Source: Felis catus
Taxonomy: Eukaryota
Direction: 5' to 3'
Length of the DNA: 64,000 nt
Assembly (NCBI RefSeq): GCF_018350175.1
Contig: NC_058383.1
Span: 10,480,001 to 10,544,000, forward strand
Shown: piece after piece, positions 35,571-49,300 of the stretch
Position numbering within the stretch: position 1 is the first letter of the stretch
How the letters are laid out: each line of letters opens with the position of its first letter
The notes under the pieces: generated by a model
Told to the model about the DNA's origin: nothing
The model's input: only the letters and a program-made list of their open reading frames with translations
The model's database searches: none
Made by a program: the position numbers and the translations under genes

Positions 35571-36540
35571 GTAAGTCAGTCCCGTGCCTTGTCACATCTA
35601 GGTACTTTCACAGACGCTGGGCCTCGGGGATGAGACCTGGTTCCTGCCCTCTGGGAGCTCCCAGTCTGATGGGGGAGGCAGGCCCGCAAAAAAGCAGGCC
35701 AGCAAGGGGTGCGGAGGGATGAGAAAGAAAGGTTTGTGAGAGGTAGGAAAGCAGGGGTGCACCTCCCCCAGCCGGGGGGTCCCACAGCACTTCCAGGGTG
35801 GAACAGCAGGCAGGTAGCTCAGGATGAGGGGAGCATCGAGTGTGGTCGGGGAGGCACGGGCCCCTGTGCACAAGGGTGCCCAAGGCCAGAGGTGGCTTGT
35901 GGGCCATTGCGGGGGCCCAGGCGGGAGGTGCCAAGGGCCCCATACCCTCTTGAAGGGAGGGGAGACACAAGGAAGAAACCCAGAGGCAGCCTGGTCCTCA
36001 CTCCACTTACCTTGGGGCCTGCTCAGGACTCCTGGCAAAGGTTTTGAGGGGGGGGCATATCTTCTGGGGTGACACTGTTTAAGAGCTGGTGGTGTCGAAG
36101 GCACGTATTTCCTCCTTGCGTGCGTGTGTCTAGAGCTCACGCTACCCTGTGGAGCCACCCACGTGGCAGGGTTAAGGGCATCCTGGATAGGTTGTCTGCC
36201 TCTGCACCCCAAGGCCCGGCACTCAGATGCTGGGAGACAAAGCATCTGCCCCAGGGCCACCAGCCAGAGTAGGCCAAGGACAAATGGTCCCACCAAGGGC
36301 ACCTGCAGGACAGCAGGCCCAGGACAGAGGTCTAGTCTAGTCTGGGTGCTGGATGGGGCATGAGCCTTCTGACCGCCCAGGAGAGCGGCCCTGTGCCACC
36401 TTCTCCCGGACTGGGGTGGGGGTGCTGATGGTACATGGACCGGCACAGATGGGAGCGTGGCAGGCAGGAGGAAGGGGGCAGGACCGAGGCCCAGTGCCCA
36501 CCTGCCCCGGTGACACCGAGCCCCGTGTGTGCCTCCCCAG

Positions 36541-36724
36541 GAGGAGCTACAGCATCGACAGGTCCCCAGGTGCTGGCTCCCTGGGCTCCCCGGCCTCCCA
36601 GCGCAAGGACCTGGGTCGCTCTGAATCCCTCCGTGTGGTCTGCCGGCCGCACCGAATCTTCCGGCCGTCGGACCTCATCCACGGGGAGGTGTTGGGCAAA
36701 GGCTGCTTCGGCCAGGCCATCAAG
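36541..36724 (+). CDS. LIMK1: LIMK1 exon 8 (S/P-rich linker, kinase G-loop)
   Basis: [10 protein letters not shown]...[14 protein letters not shown]; 184 nt. Confidence 0.97.
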
Positions 36725-37246
36725 GTACAGGGGGGGCCTGGGCAGGGGCGGGGCCAGAGGTGGGAATGGGGGACAGGCCAGGTGAGACCCATCAGTCCCG
36801 CCTGCAGGAATCCACACTGGAAGGGGCACCGGGCTTCCAGACTTCCTGGCCGGTACTTTCCTCCACCTGGGCCTCCCTGAGTCAGTTAGGGGAGGGGACC
36901 CACTACAGAGAGACCCAGAACGTTATGTGGAGGATGTGGTAGGGGGTGGGAGGGCAACCCGGGCTGACCCAGAAACCTCCCTCCCCCCCCCCCCCCGGGG
37001 CCCTGTACTGAGCCTGAAGCCAACCCCTCACGGCCTCTATGCTGCCCACCCCTTCACATGCTCCCCTAGTAGAGACACAAGCCCCTCCTTGGCTCTGAGG
37101 TCACCTGGCTGTCACCAGGCTGGAAGGTTCAGGATTATACAGAAGGTGCCAGTGAGGCCCTGTCCCTGGTCCCCTTCCCAGGGGAGAAGTCCCATCTGAC
37201 CTCCAGGAAGCAGCCCAGCAGAGCAGAGGAAAGAGCTAGCCTCTGA

Positions 37247-38144
<898 letters not shown>

Positions 38145-38389
38145 TGAATCCGAATCAGACGGGGAGCAAGGTGCAGAGAGGGTGGCAGCTTGGCTGAGGG
38201 GACACACCGGCTGTTTCGGGGCAGCCGCCCTGCCCTGCCCCAGAGCAGCCAGACCCAGCCTCGCCTGCCCCAGGGCCGAACACCTCAGGAGGGGCACCTT
38301 GTTACCTCTCTGCTGTGGGCCTTTGTTTTGCTTGTAGAGAAACCAAATCATATTTACTATTTACTATGTTCTGTAAAATTCAGAACTTT

Positions 38390-38582
38390 ATTTATTTTTT
38401 TTAATTTTTTTAATTCAAGAGGCAGAGCACAAGCAGGGGAGGGGGAGACACAGAATCCGAGGCAGGCTCCAGGCTCTGAGCTGTCAGCACAGAGCCCGAT
38501 GCGGGGCTCGAACTCACGAGGCGTGAGATCATGACCTGAGCTGAAGTTGGGTGCTTAACCAACTGAGCCACCCAGGCACCCG
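38390..38582 (-). mobile_element. CAN-SINE in LIMK1 intron 10
   Basis: TSD aaaattcagaacttt at 38375 and 38583. Confidence 0.9.
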
Positions 38583-39356
38583 AAAATTCAGAACTTTCTT
38601 TAAGGGCTTGGATGAAATTGCAAATCCCAACTGGGAAAGTATTCGGAGAGAAGCTTCTAACGCTCTGGTGCTCTCGCACAGTGCCCCGGGGGTCCCCACC
38701 TGGGCATCACCCAGACACCAAGAGGTCCTGACCCCCTCCTGCACCTGCAGACTCCTCATTGCCCCAGGCTGTGGTCCCTGCAGGCCTGTAACAGGTGTGA
38801 CTTCTCAGAAAGGATTCTGTGGTCAAGTACAATCCGGAATCACAGCCTCCACCCACTTGGGCTTCCTCGCTGCACTGGGTCTTGATTACGCGCTCATGTC
38901 CTTACCTCCCCCCAACTTGAGCTCTGTAGGGGGCTGGGGTGTGAGAACCAGGCGTTTCCCAGATGATTTGAGCCCAAAGCCTTACTTGCTGGCACTCTGC
39001 AGGTGATCTCGTGGGGCCCATCCCTCTCTGCCTGCACGGGAAAGTAGGTTCATATTTCCTAAAAACCCGAAGGCATGGGATTGTGTCGAACATAGAGTTT
39101 TTTTCCCCTGCGAAGAGCTGGCTCAGGAGTTACAGAGGAGTGTCCCCCACTTTGCGTTTGAAAACACATACTGGAAAGTGGTGTTTTTGAGTTATTCCCC
39201 CACACCCCTTAGAAGCGAAGGTGGGTGCAAAAGAAAGTGGGGGGGTCATTGGACTCTCCGAGACACTTGCTGCCTTGGCTTCCCTCTCACCCAACTGTCC
39301 TGCCACTGTGGCCCCGTTGGTCCACGCTGGCCCTTCTCTCCCCACGCCCCCCGCAG

Positions 39357-39416
39357 GACAGCCAGTACCCGTGGAGTCAGAGAGTGAGCTTTGCCAAGGA
39401 TATCGCTTCAGGGATG
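39357..39416 (+). CDS. LIMK1: LIMK1 exon 11
   Basis: DSQYPWSQRVSFAKDIASGM; 60 nt. Confidence 0.97.
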
Positions 39417-39669
39417 GTGAGTAGGCTCCGGGGGTGTGGCTGGGTGATCTGACCCCACCGACAAAAGGATTCTGTCCTGCTGACCTTAAACCTTAGAAGG
39501 CACTGAGAGACAGAAGCCATCAGGCAGTGCCAAGAAAGAGCAGGGGGATCGGCTGAGGGTGGGAAGTGTCCCTGAGGCAGGAGGGGAGGTAGAAGCCGCT
39601 GGGGGGCCAGGGGTGGGCTGGGGTCCCTCGGCGCAGCTGCCTCCTGACCTCTGTGCCCCCTGCCCCCAG

Positions 39670-39735
39670 GCCTACCTCCACTCCATGAACATCATCCACC
39701 GGGACCTCAACTCCCACAACTGCCTGGTCCGAGAG
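39670..39735 (+). CDS. LIMK1: LIMK1 exon 12 (catalytic loop HRDLNSHN)
   Basis: [22 protein letters not shown]; 66 nt. Confidence 0.98.
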
Positions 39736-40175
39736 GTGAGCAGCCCGGGCCGGGGAGGGAGGGAGACTGCAGGAGCCACGCCCGCCCACTCCTGGCCTCG
39801 TGGCCTGCCCTGGATGGGGTTCCTAGGTTGCCCAGACCCACGCCTCCTTCGGCCCAGGCGGAAACAGCGCCAGGCCAGGAGGCAGACAGAGCCAGCTGTG
39901 CCATTCACGTGGATGGTGGCTCCAGCGCTCTGAGCCATCAACAGGTCCCAGGTGGTTAGGAGGCTCGGAGAAATCGATAAAGGAGAGAGTGGTGTGTAAA
40001 CTGTAACGGGCGGTGAGCGAGGTGGCATTCGCAGGACAGCCCACGGCAGAGTGGCCAGGCCCACGCCAACAGCTGCAGGTCTGGAGGAGGGCCTGGGCGA
40101 GTGGGCTGGGGAGGTCAAGACAGGCTTCGGAAAGAGGCTCTGGGGGACACACTTAAGTAGGGGAGTGGGGGGGGG

Positions 40176-41085
40176 GGGCGCCTGGGTGGCTCAGTCGGTT
40201 GAGAGCCCGACTCTTGGTTTCGGCTCAGGTCATGATCTCACGGTTCATGAGTTCGAGCCCCTTGTCAGGCTCTGAGCTGACAGTGCAGAGCCTGCTTGGA
40301 TTCTCTCTCTCTCCCTCTCTCTGCCCCTCGTTGGCTCATGTGCTCTGTGTCTCTCTCTCAAAATAAATCAATACGTAAACCTAAAAAAAAAAAAGGGTGG
40401 GGGTAGCCTGAGGTGGGGGATGGAGGGGGACCGTGGACCGTCCACAGAAGGCAGAGGAAGGGGCGGCTGACCGTGCCCCACCGGAGAGGCAACGCCCTGG
40501 TTTCCCGCGGCTGCCGTAACAGGGAACCACAGACCGGACGGCCTGGAACAACGGAAATGTATTCGCAGGGGGCAGGAAGCAAAGCAAACAGTCCAAAATC
40601 AAGGTGTTGAGAAGCCTGGCTTCTCCTAGAGGCTGTGAGGGGGAGCCTGTCCTGCGCTCTCCCCCAGCCTCTGGAGGCTGCCGGCGCTCCCTGGCGCTCC
40701 TTGGCCTGTAGCCACATCACTGTGGTCTCTGCCTGAGTCTTCACACAGCTTTCTCCCCTCTGTGTGTCTGTGTGTCCTCTTCTTTTTTTTCTTATGTTTA
40801 TTTTTGAGAGTGAGACAGAGACCGAGCCCGAGTGGGGGAGGGGCAGAGAGCGAGGGAGAGACAGGACCCAAAGCGGGCTCCAGGCTCCGAGCTGTCAGCA
40901 CAGGGCCCGATGCGGGGCTCAGACTCATGAACCGCGAGATCATGACCCGAGCCGAAGTCGGACGCCCGACCGACTGAGCCACCCAGGTGCCCCTGTCCCC
41001 TTCTTATAAAGGCACCAGACACTGGATTTCGGACTCACCCTAATCTAGTAGAACCTCATCTTAACTGGTAGCATCTGCAAAAGTC
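40176..41085. mobile_element. Inverted CAN-SINE pair (+40176-40394, -40783-40993) with an MLT1-type LTR fragment
   Basis: SINE consensus on both strands; MLT1-like sequence at 40500-41085. Confidence 0.75.
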
Positions 41086-42283
41086 CTCCAGGCAGACGTT
41101 TGCCAAGTGAATTCAGTACAAGAAGTGTTTCGGGTGGTGGGAAAAACACACGCAAAGGGCTGGTGATACGACATTTAGGAAGCAATGAGTTGGTCACTAT
41201 AGAGTTGGGGGAGGTGGTGGTCTGAGCCCTCTGGGGATTTCCGGGAGGCTCTGGGGGACTCTGGGCCTCTGAAAGCTGTGGGCAGTGGACACACGAGAGA
41301 GGTGGGCAAGGCGGGCTCCGTCGGCCTCCCAGGGAGCCTGCTCAGGCCGCCCCTGCTGGTGATGGGTGTTACTGCAGGGCTGAGCCAGGCCGGTGTGCAG
41401 GGCGAGGAGGGGCGGCCTGTCCCAGCTTGGACCCCACAGCGGGGGCCATCCCCTGAGAATCTGATGAGCGCTGTGAGCTCCCCATCCCCAGAATCCATGT
41501 GTACACAAACCAGAATTTTCACCTATCGCTTGGGGCCTCTAAGAATCCAGTGGTCACCCTTGCTGGTTTCCCTGGAGCTGTTTCCCACAGCAGGGTCTGG
41601 GGGCTGTGTACCATCGGACCCCGGGGGAGTCTTCAGAAGTGTGGGTCCTGAGAGGGACCAGCACTTGAACGATCCTGGTGGACACTGTGCGAGCTCGGCC
41701 CCTCCCCTGTCTGCCGTCTCTGCAGAGTCTTCTGTAGGCAACCGTCCATGTTGGTGTTGCAGAGACAGCACAGAGTCCTTCGCTATAGACTGAGCCTGGT
41801 CCTAACCCCCCCCCCCCCGGCTGGGCCCCTGCCCCCTTGGCCTGTCACGCACGGCCTCTGTGTCCGTGCCCAGTGGTCCATCCTGGGGCTGGCACACACA
41901 GTCCGGACTTCCAGGACCCTGGACGCCACGCCTAAGAGACCTGGCTGCCGGACCTATAGAGACCTCTCCAGGCCCCTGGCTTGGCACCGGTGACCCAGGG
42001 CAGCCTGTCTGTCCCTTGCTGGGTGGACACAGGGGTCGACATCTGTACTCCTACAAACCTAAAACAGTAAAGCCGACCGGCTGGATGGCCTCGGGCAACT
42101 GTCTTAACCTCTCTGGGCCTGAGTAACCTCGTGTGTAAAGTGGGGATAAAAATAACAACCCCCCCCCGCCCCCAGACTGTTGGAGGAGGAAGAGACACAG
42201 CTGTCACGTGCCAAGCACAGGACCCGGGTCTTGAATTAGAATTACTCCCTCCCTGGCACAGCAAGGCAGCCCTGGTGCCCTGA

Positions 42284-42949
<666 letters not shown>

Positions 42950-43439
42950 TGAGGACCTTTTGCGGTTGTATCGCAGGTCCTCTCCCCATCTCCAGATCCT
43001 TAACTCAGTCACGCCAGCAAGTCCCCTGCAAGGTGACATCTCAGGGCCCAGGGATCAGGTGGCGGACAGCCTGGCCCACCCGGGGCCTCTCTCCCACTCG
43101 GTTTCTTTTTTATCGGGCCTGTCACATGATGACTACATACGACACCCCAGGTGACACCCAACACAGGCAGGTGACAGACAGAGGGCAGGCAGAGCCGGGG
43201 GCATCTCGGTGCCAGCACTGACCAGAGTTAACATAGCCCTCCATATCCCCCCCCCCCCCCCCCCCCAGCAACTTAACCTGCAGAAGGGGGCTAAATCCCT
43301 ACCTTTAAGGGTTTGCTGTGAGGGCCTGCCGCATCTGACACATGAGGGCAGCTGTACTGGCTGTTTTTAACATCACGAGGTTAGATGTATCACCCCCCCA
43401 CACACACACACAGCTGAGGAAACTGAGGCCCAGAGAGTC

Positions 43440-43855
43440 TGTATCAGCTCCTGGGAGTGCTGTTAACAAATTACCACAAACCGGGTGGTTTAAAACAACA
43501 GACATTTATTCCCTTGTAGTTCTGGAAGCCAGAAGTCTGCAATCCAGGAGAGCCCCGCTCCCTCCAGGGATTTCCGGGGAGCACCCACTCGTTGCGGCTT
43601 CTGGCTTCTGGTGGCTGCCCTGGCATTCCCGGGCTCGTGGCCACGGCCGCCTCTCCCTGTGTGTCATCCTCTTCAGTCTCTCTTAGGATGTTTGCAACGG
43701 TACCTAGAGACCGCCCCCGGATGATCCAGGATTATCTCATCTCAAGATCCTTTTAATGACCATATTTGCAAAGACCTTTTTTCCAGTGAAGTAATGGTCA
43801 CAGGTTCCAGGGGTTTGACATGGGTAGTTTTGGGGGTCACCGTGTGGTCCATGAC
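43440..43855. mobile_element. MLT1-type MaLR LTR inside a MIR
   Basis: tgtatcagctcctgggagtgctgttaacaaattaccacaaac...; MIR halves on either side. Confidence 0.65.
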
Positions 43856-44082
43856 TTGTCCAGAGTCACACAGCTGGTGGGTGGCCGAGCTGGGCCTGGA
43901 ACCCCCCCAGGCAGGGCTCTCATCCTCACCCCGCAGAGGTCTGCTCAGACCTGGCGGGGGCGGGAACACAGGGACCTAAGCCCTGGTCCCACGACAGTCC
44001 AGTCGCTCGCTACTTTCTCCTGGTCCCACCCTGCTGGCCCCCAACCCAGCCTCACCTGCTGACAGCCCATCTCTCCATCCAG

Positions 44083-44138
44083 GCCGCAGCTACGATGAGA
44101 AGGTGGATGTGTTTTCCTTTGGAATCGTCCTGTGTGAG
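44083..44138 (+). CDS. LIMK1: LIMK1 exon 14
   Basis: [18 protein letters not shown]; 56 nt. Confidence 0.97.
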
Positions 44139-44341
44139 GTAGGTGGGGGTGGGTGGCGGTTGGCCTCGGGCTTGGGGCTCCTGGGAACCTGCAAGCTCGG
44201 GGCGGGTGGGGGGGGGTGCGGTGCAGTGGTCAGGCTGGCCCCAGACCAAGTGTGACCTGCCCTCAAACCCACCTGGTTGGCGTCAGTCCCAGCGGCCCCC
44301 CACCCCCACTGCGGGTAACCGCTGGGCCTTGTGCTGGACAG

Positions 44342-44499
44342 ATCATTGGGCGGGTGAACGCTGACCCTGACTACCTACCCCGCACCATGGACTTTGGCCT
44401 CAACGTGCGAGGCTTCCTGGACCGCTATTGCCCCCCAAACTGCCCGCCGAGCTTCTTCCCCATTACCGTGCGCTGCTGTGATCTGGACCCCGAGAAGAG
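44342..44499 (+). CDS. LIMK1: LIMK1 exon 15
   Basis: [53 protein letters not shown]; 158 nt. Confidence 0.97.
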
Positions 44500-44604
44500 G
44501 TAAGTGGGGCCGGGGGCTCAGCCCGGAGCAATCCTTAGGGTGGGGCCGCCCCCCCCCCTCCCCGGCAGCACAGAACCCACTATCCCGCCCACCTGTCACC
44601 CCAG

Positions 44605-44767
44605 ACCCTCCTTCGTGAAGCTGGAACAATGGCTGGAGACCCTCCGCATGCACTTGGCCGGCCACCTGCCACTGGGCCCGCAGCTGGAGCAGCTGGACCG
44701 GGGCTTCTGGGAGACCTACCGGCGTGGCGAGAGTGGACTGCCTGCCCACCCCGAGGTCCCCGACTGA
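44605..44767 (+). CDS. LIMK1: LIMK1 exon 16, coding part
   Basis: PSFVKLEQWLETLRMHL...LPAHPEVPD*; all 16 exons total 1944 nt = 647 aa plus stop. Confidence 0.97.
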
Positions 44768-45909
44768 CCCCGGCCCACCCAGCTGCCCCCGTCCCCACCT
44801 GCAGAGAATTCACCCAACACCAGACTCCTCTGCGGGCGGCAGCCGGCTGTGGAGCCCTCAGCTGGGCGGCAGGCAGGCAGGCTCCTCCCCGGCGCCGGGC
44901 CCTGACTTGCCTTCTCCTACCCTGCGGGCCGTGGCCCCTTTGCCCCGTCTCTGCGCCCGGCCCCGGCGCTGGCCTGGCTGCACACACACCGTCACCTCAC
45001 CCTGCCTTACCTCTGTGTTGGTGGGGCTGCCCCCTCTCGCTTCTCTTTGCATGAGCCGGAGGACCCATCCTGCACCCCATCGCCCCCGGCCGCTCTGTGC
45101 ACACCCCACCTGTCCACAGCTACTCCGAGGCTGGGCTGGCAGACGGCCTCAGACCGGGCCCGGTAACGGCTGGGGACGTGGGAGGGCGCGGAACGAGGGA
45201 GAGGCCAAGCTCCTGGGGTCCCTCACCTCCCGGAGGGTGGGGTGTCTCGGTAGCAGCAGGTATCGATAATTGCCCGAACCCCAAAACAGGGAGAGGTCAG
45301 CTCCTGCAGGGTGGAATTCCCCGGGGGCTAAGCAGCAGGCCTCTCTTGCTCTGGATCTTTTCATTTCTTTATTGAAGCCACTTTAGTGAGAAGCAGGTAC
45401 CAGGCCTCAGGGTGAAGGGCGGGCCCACTGAGGGAGAAGGGGAGTAGTTGGGTCCCTGGGTCAGAGCTGCTGGGAGGAGCCGCAGAGGGACGCTGGGCAG
45501 AGCGGACGAGGCAGGCGTCCACCAGCAGCCCGACCCCTGCAGTTCATCTCCGTGCCCCTCCGGGCTTCTCCCCAGGCTCCCTGCCCTCCCCACGGCCCTC
45601 AGTCCTCTGGGTTCTTCCTGTGTAATCTATTTTTTAAGAAGAGTTTGTATTATTTTTCATACGGCTGCAGCAGCTGCTGCCGGGGGGCTTGGGGTTTTAT
45701 TTTTCTGGCGGGCGGGGGTGGGGGGGCCATTTTGTCACTTTGCCTCAGTTGAGCATCTAGGAAGTATTAAAACTGTGAAGCCTTCTCAGTGCACTTTGAA
45801 ACTGGAAAACAATCCGAACAGGCCCATGGGACCGCGAGTCCACGGGGTGGGACACGTCCCCGCCGTCCAGGAATCGTGATGTCTAAGGAACAAAACCCAG
45901 ACCCAGAAC

Positions 45910-45920
45910 AATAAAATAAA
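45910..45920 (+). terminator. LIMK1: LIMK1 polyadenylation signals (overlapping AATAAA x2; ATTAAA at 45766)
   Basis: aataaaataaa about 1.15 kb after the stop. Confidence 0.85.
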
Positions 45921-46034
45921 TTCCATACTCCCCATCCGGGTTCCAAGTTGCCATGTGTGTCTGGGGCTCCGAAGAAACAGGACAAGAACAGAATTTCGTG
46001 ACTAGGAGTCTGGTGGGGAGATGAGAGTCGGGGG

Positions 46035-46245
46035 CATGTGGGGATGGGCAGGAGGGACGGGCAGGTGGGGACGGGCAGGAGGGACAGGGGCAGGTGGGGA
46101 CGGGCAGGAAGGACAGGGGCAGGTGGGGACGGGCAGGAGGGACAGGGGCACGTGGGGATGGGCAGGGAGGGACAGGGGCAGGTGGGGATGGGCAGGGAGG
46201 GACAGGGGCACGTGGGGATGGGCAGGTGGGGATGAGCAGGAGGGC
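46035..46245 (+). repeat. G-rich minisatellite, unit of about 29-30 bp (gggacaggggcaggtggggacgggcagga), about 7 copies
   Basis: Direct reading; also visible as repeated peptides in the ORF track. Confidence 0.92.
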
Positions 46246-46399
46246 CAGGCACAGGGCAGCAGTGGAGGCCTGGCCGGATGAGATACTATGGAATGTATTG
46301 CTTTCATTTAATGTTTTCTTCTTTCTAAACCTTAAGGGATCCCATCAGGAAAACCACACTAGCTTTTTCAAATAGAGGGCACTTAATCCTGGGAATTAT

Positions 46400-49300
46400 T
46401 TTGCTTTTTGTTTGTTTGTTTGTTTTTAATATTTATTTTTGAGAGAGAGCATGTGCACAAGCCGGGGAGGGGCAGAGAGAATCCCAAGCAGGGGCTCGAT
46501 CTCAGGAATCATGAGATCATGACCTGAGCCGAAATCAAGAGTCGGACGCTTAACCAACTGAGCCACCCAGGCACCCCCATCCAGGGAACTGCTTATATAG
46601 TGGTCGAAAGACAGCGGAAGGGCGAAAAGTAGACACTGTGATGACCCAGAGATGGTGAACTTTGGAAAGCTGCTACCAGCCCCTGGCAGGGGCACTTAGG
46701 GCAAGAGGGGTTACTTTAGTGATCGGGTGTTGGCATAGCAAAGCAGCGCTTAAACTCAGTGGCCCAGAAGAACAGTAATCGCTCGTGGCTGACAACTTCT
46801 CTGTAAGAACTGGGAGCAGCTTGGGTGAGTGGTTTTGGTCTGGGGTCTCTCCTGAGGTTGTGGTCACATACCGTCTGGGGCTGCAGTCCTTTGAGGGTGT
46901 GACCAGGGCTGGACTCCCAAGGACCTTGTATGGGGCTCACTCACAGAGCTGCAAGTTGATGCTGGCTGATGACCAGAGGCCTCAGTCCCTCTCAGGGCCC
47001 CTCCACAATGCTCCTTGAGTGTCCCTGTGGCATCCTTTAGAGTGAGCTTCCCAAGAGAGCAAACCGGGAGCTCCACTGCCTTCTATGACCTAATCTCAGA
47101 AGTCACAGCATTACTTCTACCATGTTCCATTGGTCACACAGGTCAACCCTAAATCAGTGTGAGAGGGAACTACCTGAGGCCACGAATACCTGTACCAGAA
47201 GGGAAAATTAAGGGTAATCTTGGAAGGGGGCTAGGACCTCCCTAGGAACCAGTGTTTGGATTTTTTGATATGTGTTGGGACAAAGGGTTGGAAACTAAGC
47301 AGTCGATGCTGGAACTTCTAAGAAGGTGGGTACAAAGCTGATATGTGCTGGAGCTAAAACCCACTGCTGCTGACGAGTGCTGGAGAGCACAAGCAAGTCC
47401 CTTCCTATGTCTCACTTCCGGGTCTCCCTCGGCTCGCCCTTGTTAGCAGGCCCACTTTCACAGGAAACCTGCTGGCAAGGAAGCCTGGGAAATGTAGTTC
47501 TCGGTAATCCAGCAACAGCATCACAGAACAGAAAGTGGAGTGGGCTTGGGGCTGAGATACAGTAACCAACACAGTCCACCCCTTTGGCTACCCATCACCC
47601 ATACACACCTTCCTACCACACTCGATCTCCATATGAGTCTCACAATTTTGTGCTTCGACCCCAACAAGGAGCACGGATGCTTTGTACACAGATGCGTCAT
47701 TCTCTTCCGAAAGGGGAGGGACAACAACATGCTAGAGACACCGTATCCATCGACCTGTGTTAATTCCAGGGAGAATTCCACTTGAGTATTCCCTGTAACC
47801 GAAAGACTTAAATAGTGAAGTTCACCATCAAGATCAATATGTTGACATCAAATAAGGAAAATGGTGTGGGAAGGAAAAGTTAGTTGAAGGACACACAGCA
47901 AAGGAAATATGTAAGGGCACCTGGCTGGCTCAGTCGGTAGAGCATGTGACTCTTGATCTCAGGGTCATGAATTAAGGCCCCACGTGGGGCATAAAGCTCA
48001 GTTTAAAAATATTTTTTAAAAAGAATAAGAAAGTAGGGGTGCCTGGGTGGCTCAGTCAGGTGAGTGTCCGACTTCAGCTCAGGTCATGATCTCATGGTTC
48101 ATGGGTTCATGTTGGGCTCTGTGTTGACAGTTCAGAGCCTGGAGCCTGCTTCGGATTCTGTCTCCCTCCCTCTCTGCCCCTCCCCTGCTCTCACTCTATC
48201 TCTCCGAAAAATAAATAAACATTAAAAAATATATTATGTAAAAGCAAGAATCTTCAACAAAGTATTAGCAAATACAATCCAGGAATATATAAAAATAATG
48301 TACTATGACCAAGGAGGGTTTATCCCAGGAATGTAATAGTGGTCCAGGAGTTTAAAAGTCAATCCATGGAGGGGCGCCTGGGTGGCTCAGTTGGTTAAGT
48401 GTCCAACTCTCGATACCAGCTCAGGTCATGATCTCATGGTTCATGAGATCGAGCCCCATGTCGGGCTCTGTGCCGACAGCATGGAGCCTGCTTGGGATTC
48501 TCTTTCCACCCCCCTCTCTGCCCCTCCCCAATAAATCCATAAACTTTAAAAAAATAAAATAATTTATATGCCATTTATATTTACAGGAAAGAAACGAAAT
48601 ATGATACAGTAGATTAAAAGGATGGAACGACATATACCACAAAACACTAATTTTTTAAAATTTTGTTTAAGTTTATTTTGAGAGAGAGAGAGAACGAGTC
48701 GGGGAGAGGCAGAGAGAGAAGGGAGAGAACTCCACACAGGCTCCCTGCTGTCAGGGCAGAGCCTGACTTGGGGCTCAAAATCATGAACCGTGAGATCATG
48801 AGCTAAGCCAAGATCAAGAGTTGGACGGTTAACTGACTGAGCCACCCTGGCGCCCTGATTTTTTTTTTTTTTTTTTTAAAGCTGGCTTGGCTATATTTAG
48901 ATTCAATTCAATTAATATCAAAGTAGTCTTCAGAACTGAAAATGATTAAGGATAAAGAGCAAATTAAATAATGGTAAAAGAGCCACCTACCCAAGAGGGC
49001 ATAACTATCTAAAATGTGTATGCATCTAAAAACATTGTTTTGAAATACACGAAGCAAAAACAGCTAGAACTGAAAGAAGTCAACGTAACACCCACTTTCC
49101 AGCCATGTGAGGTAGTGCCTTTGAACAGACCCTCCAGCCTAGTCAAGCCCTCAGCCGACCGTGGCCCCAGCCAGTCTCACGACTGCAAGCTTAGGAGACA
49201 CCCTGAGTCAGCACAGATGAGTCACTTCTGAATTCCAGGCCCTAAGAAACTATGAGATAAATGTTGATTATTTTAAGCCACTAAATTCTAGAATAATTTG

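Noticed and set aside
43247..43266. Long C/G homopolymers (also about 13633-13654)
   Set aside because: Simple homopolymers with error-prone lengths; no functional evidence
46035..46245. CRISPR-like array (also considered for 49745-49820 and 53288-53350)
   Set aside because: Mammalian DNA; tandem units without unique spacers; no cas genes
45767..46375. ORFs with repeated PIPTCPCPSL / GRWGRAGG peptides
   Set aside because: Translations of the minisatellite
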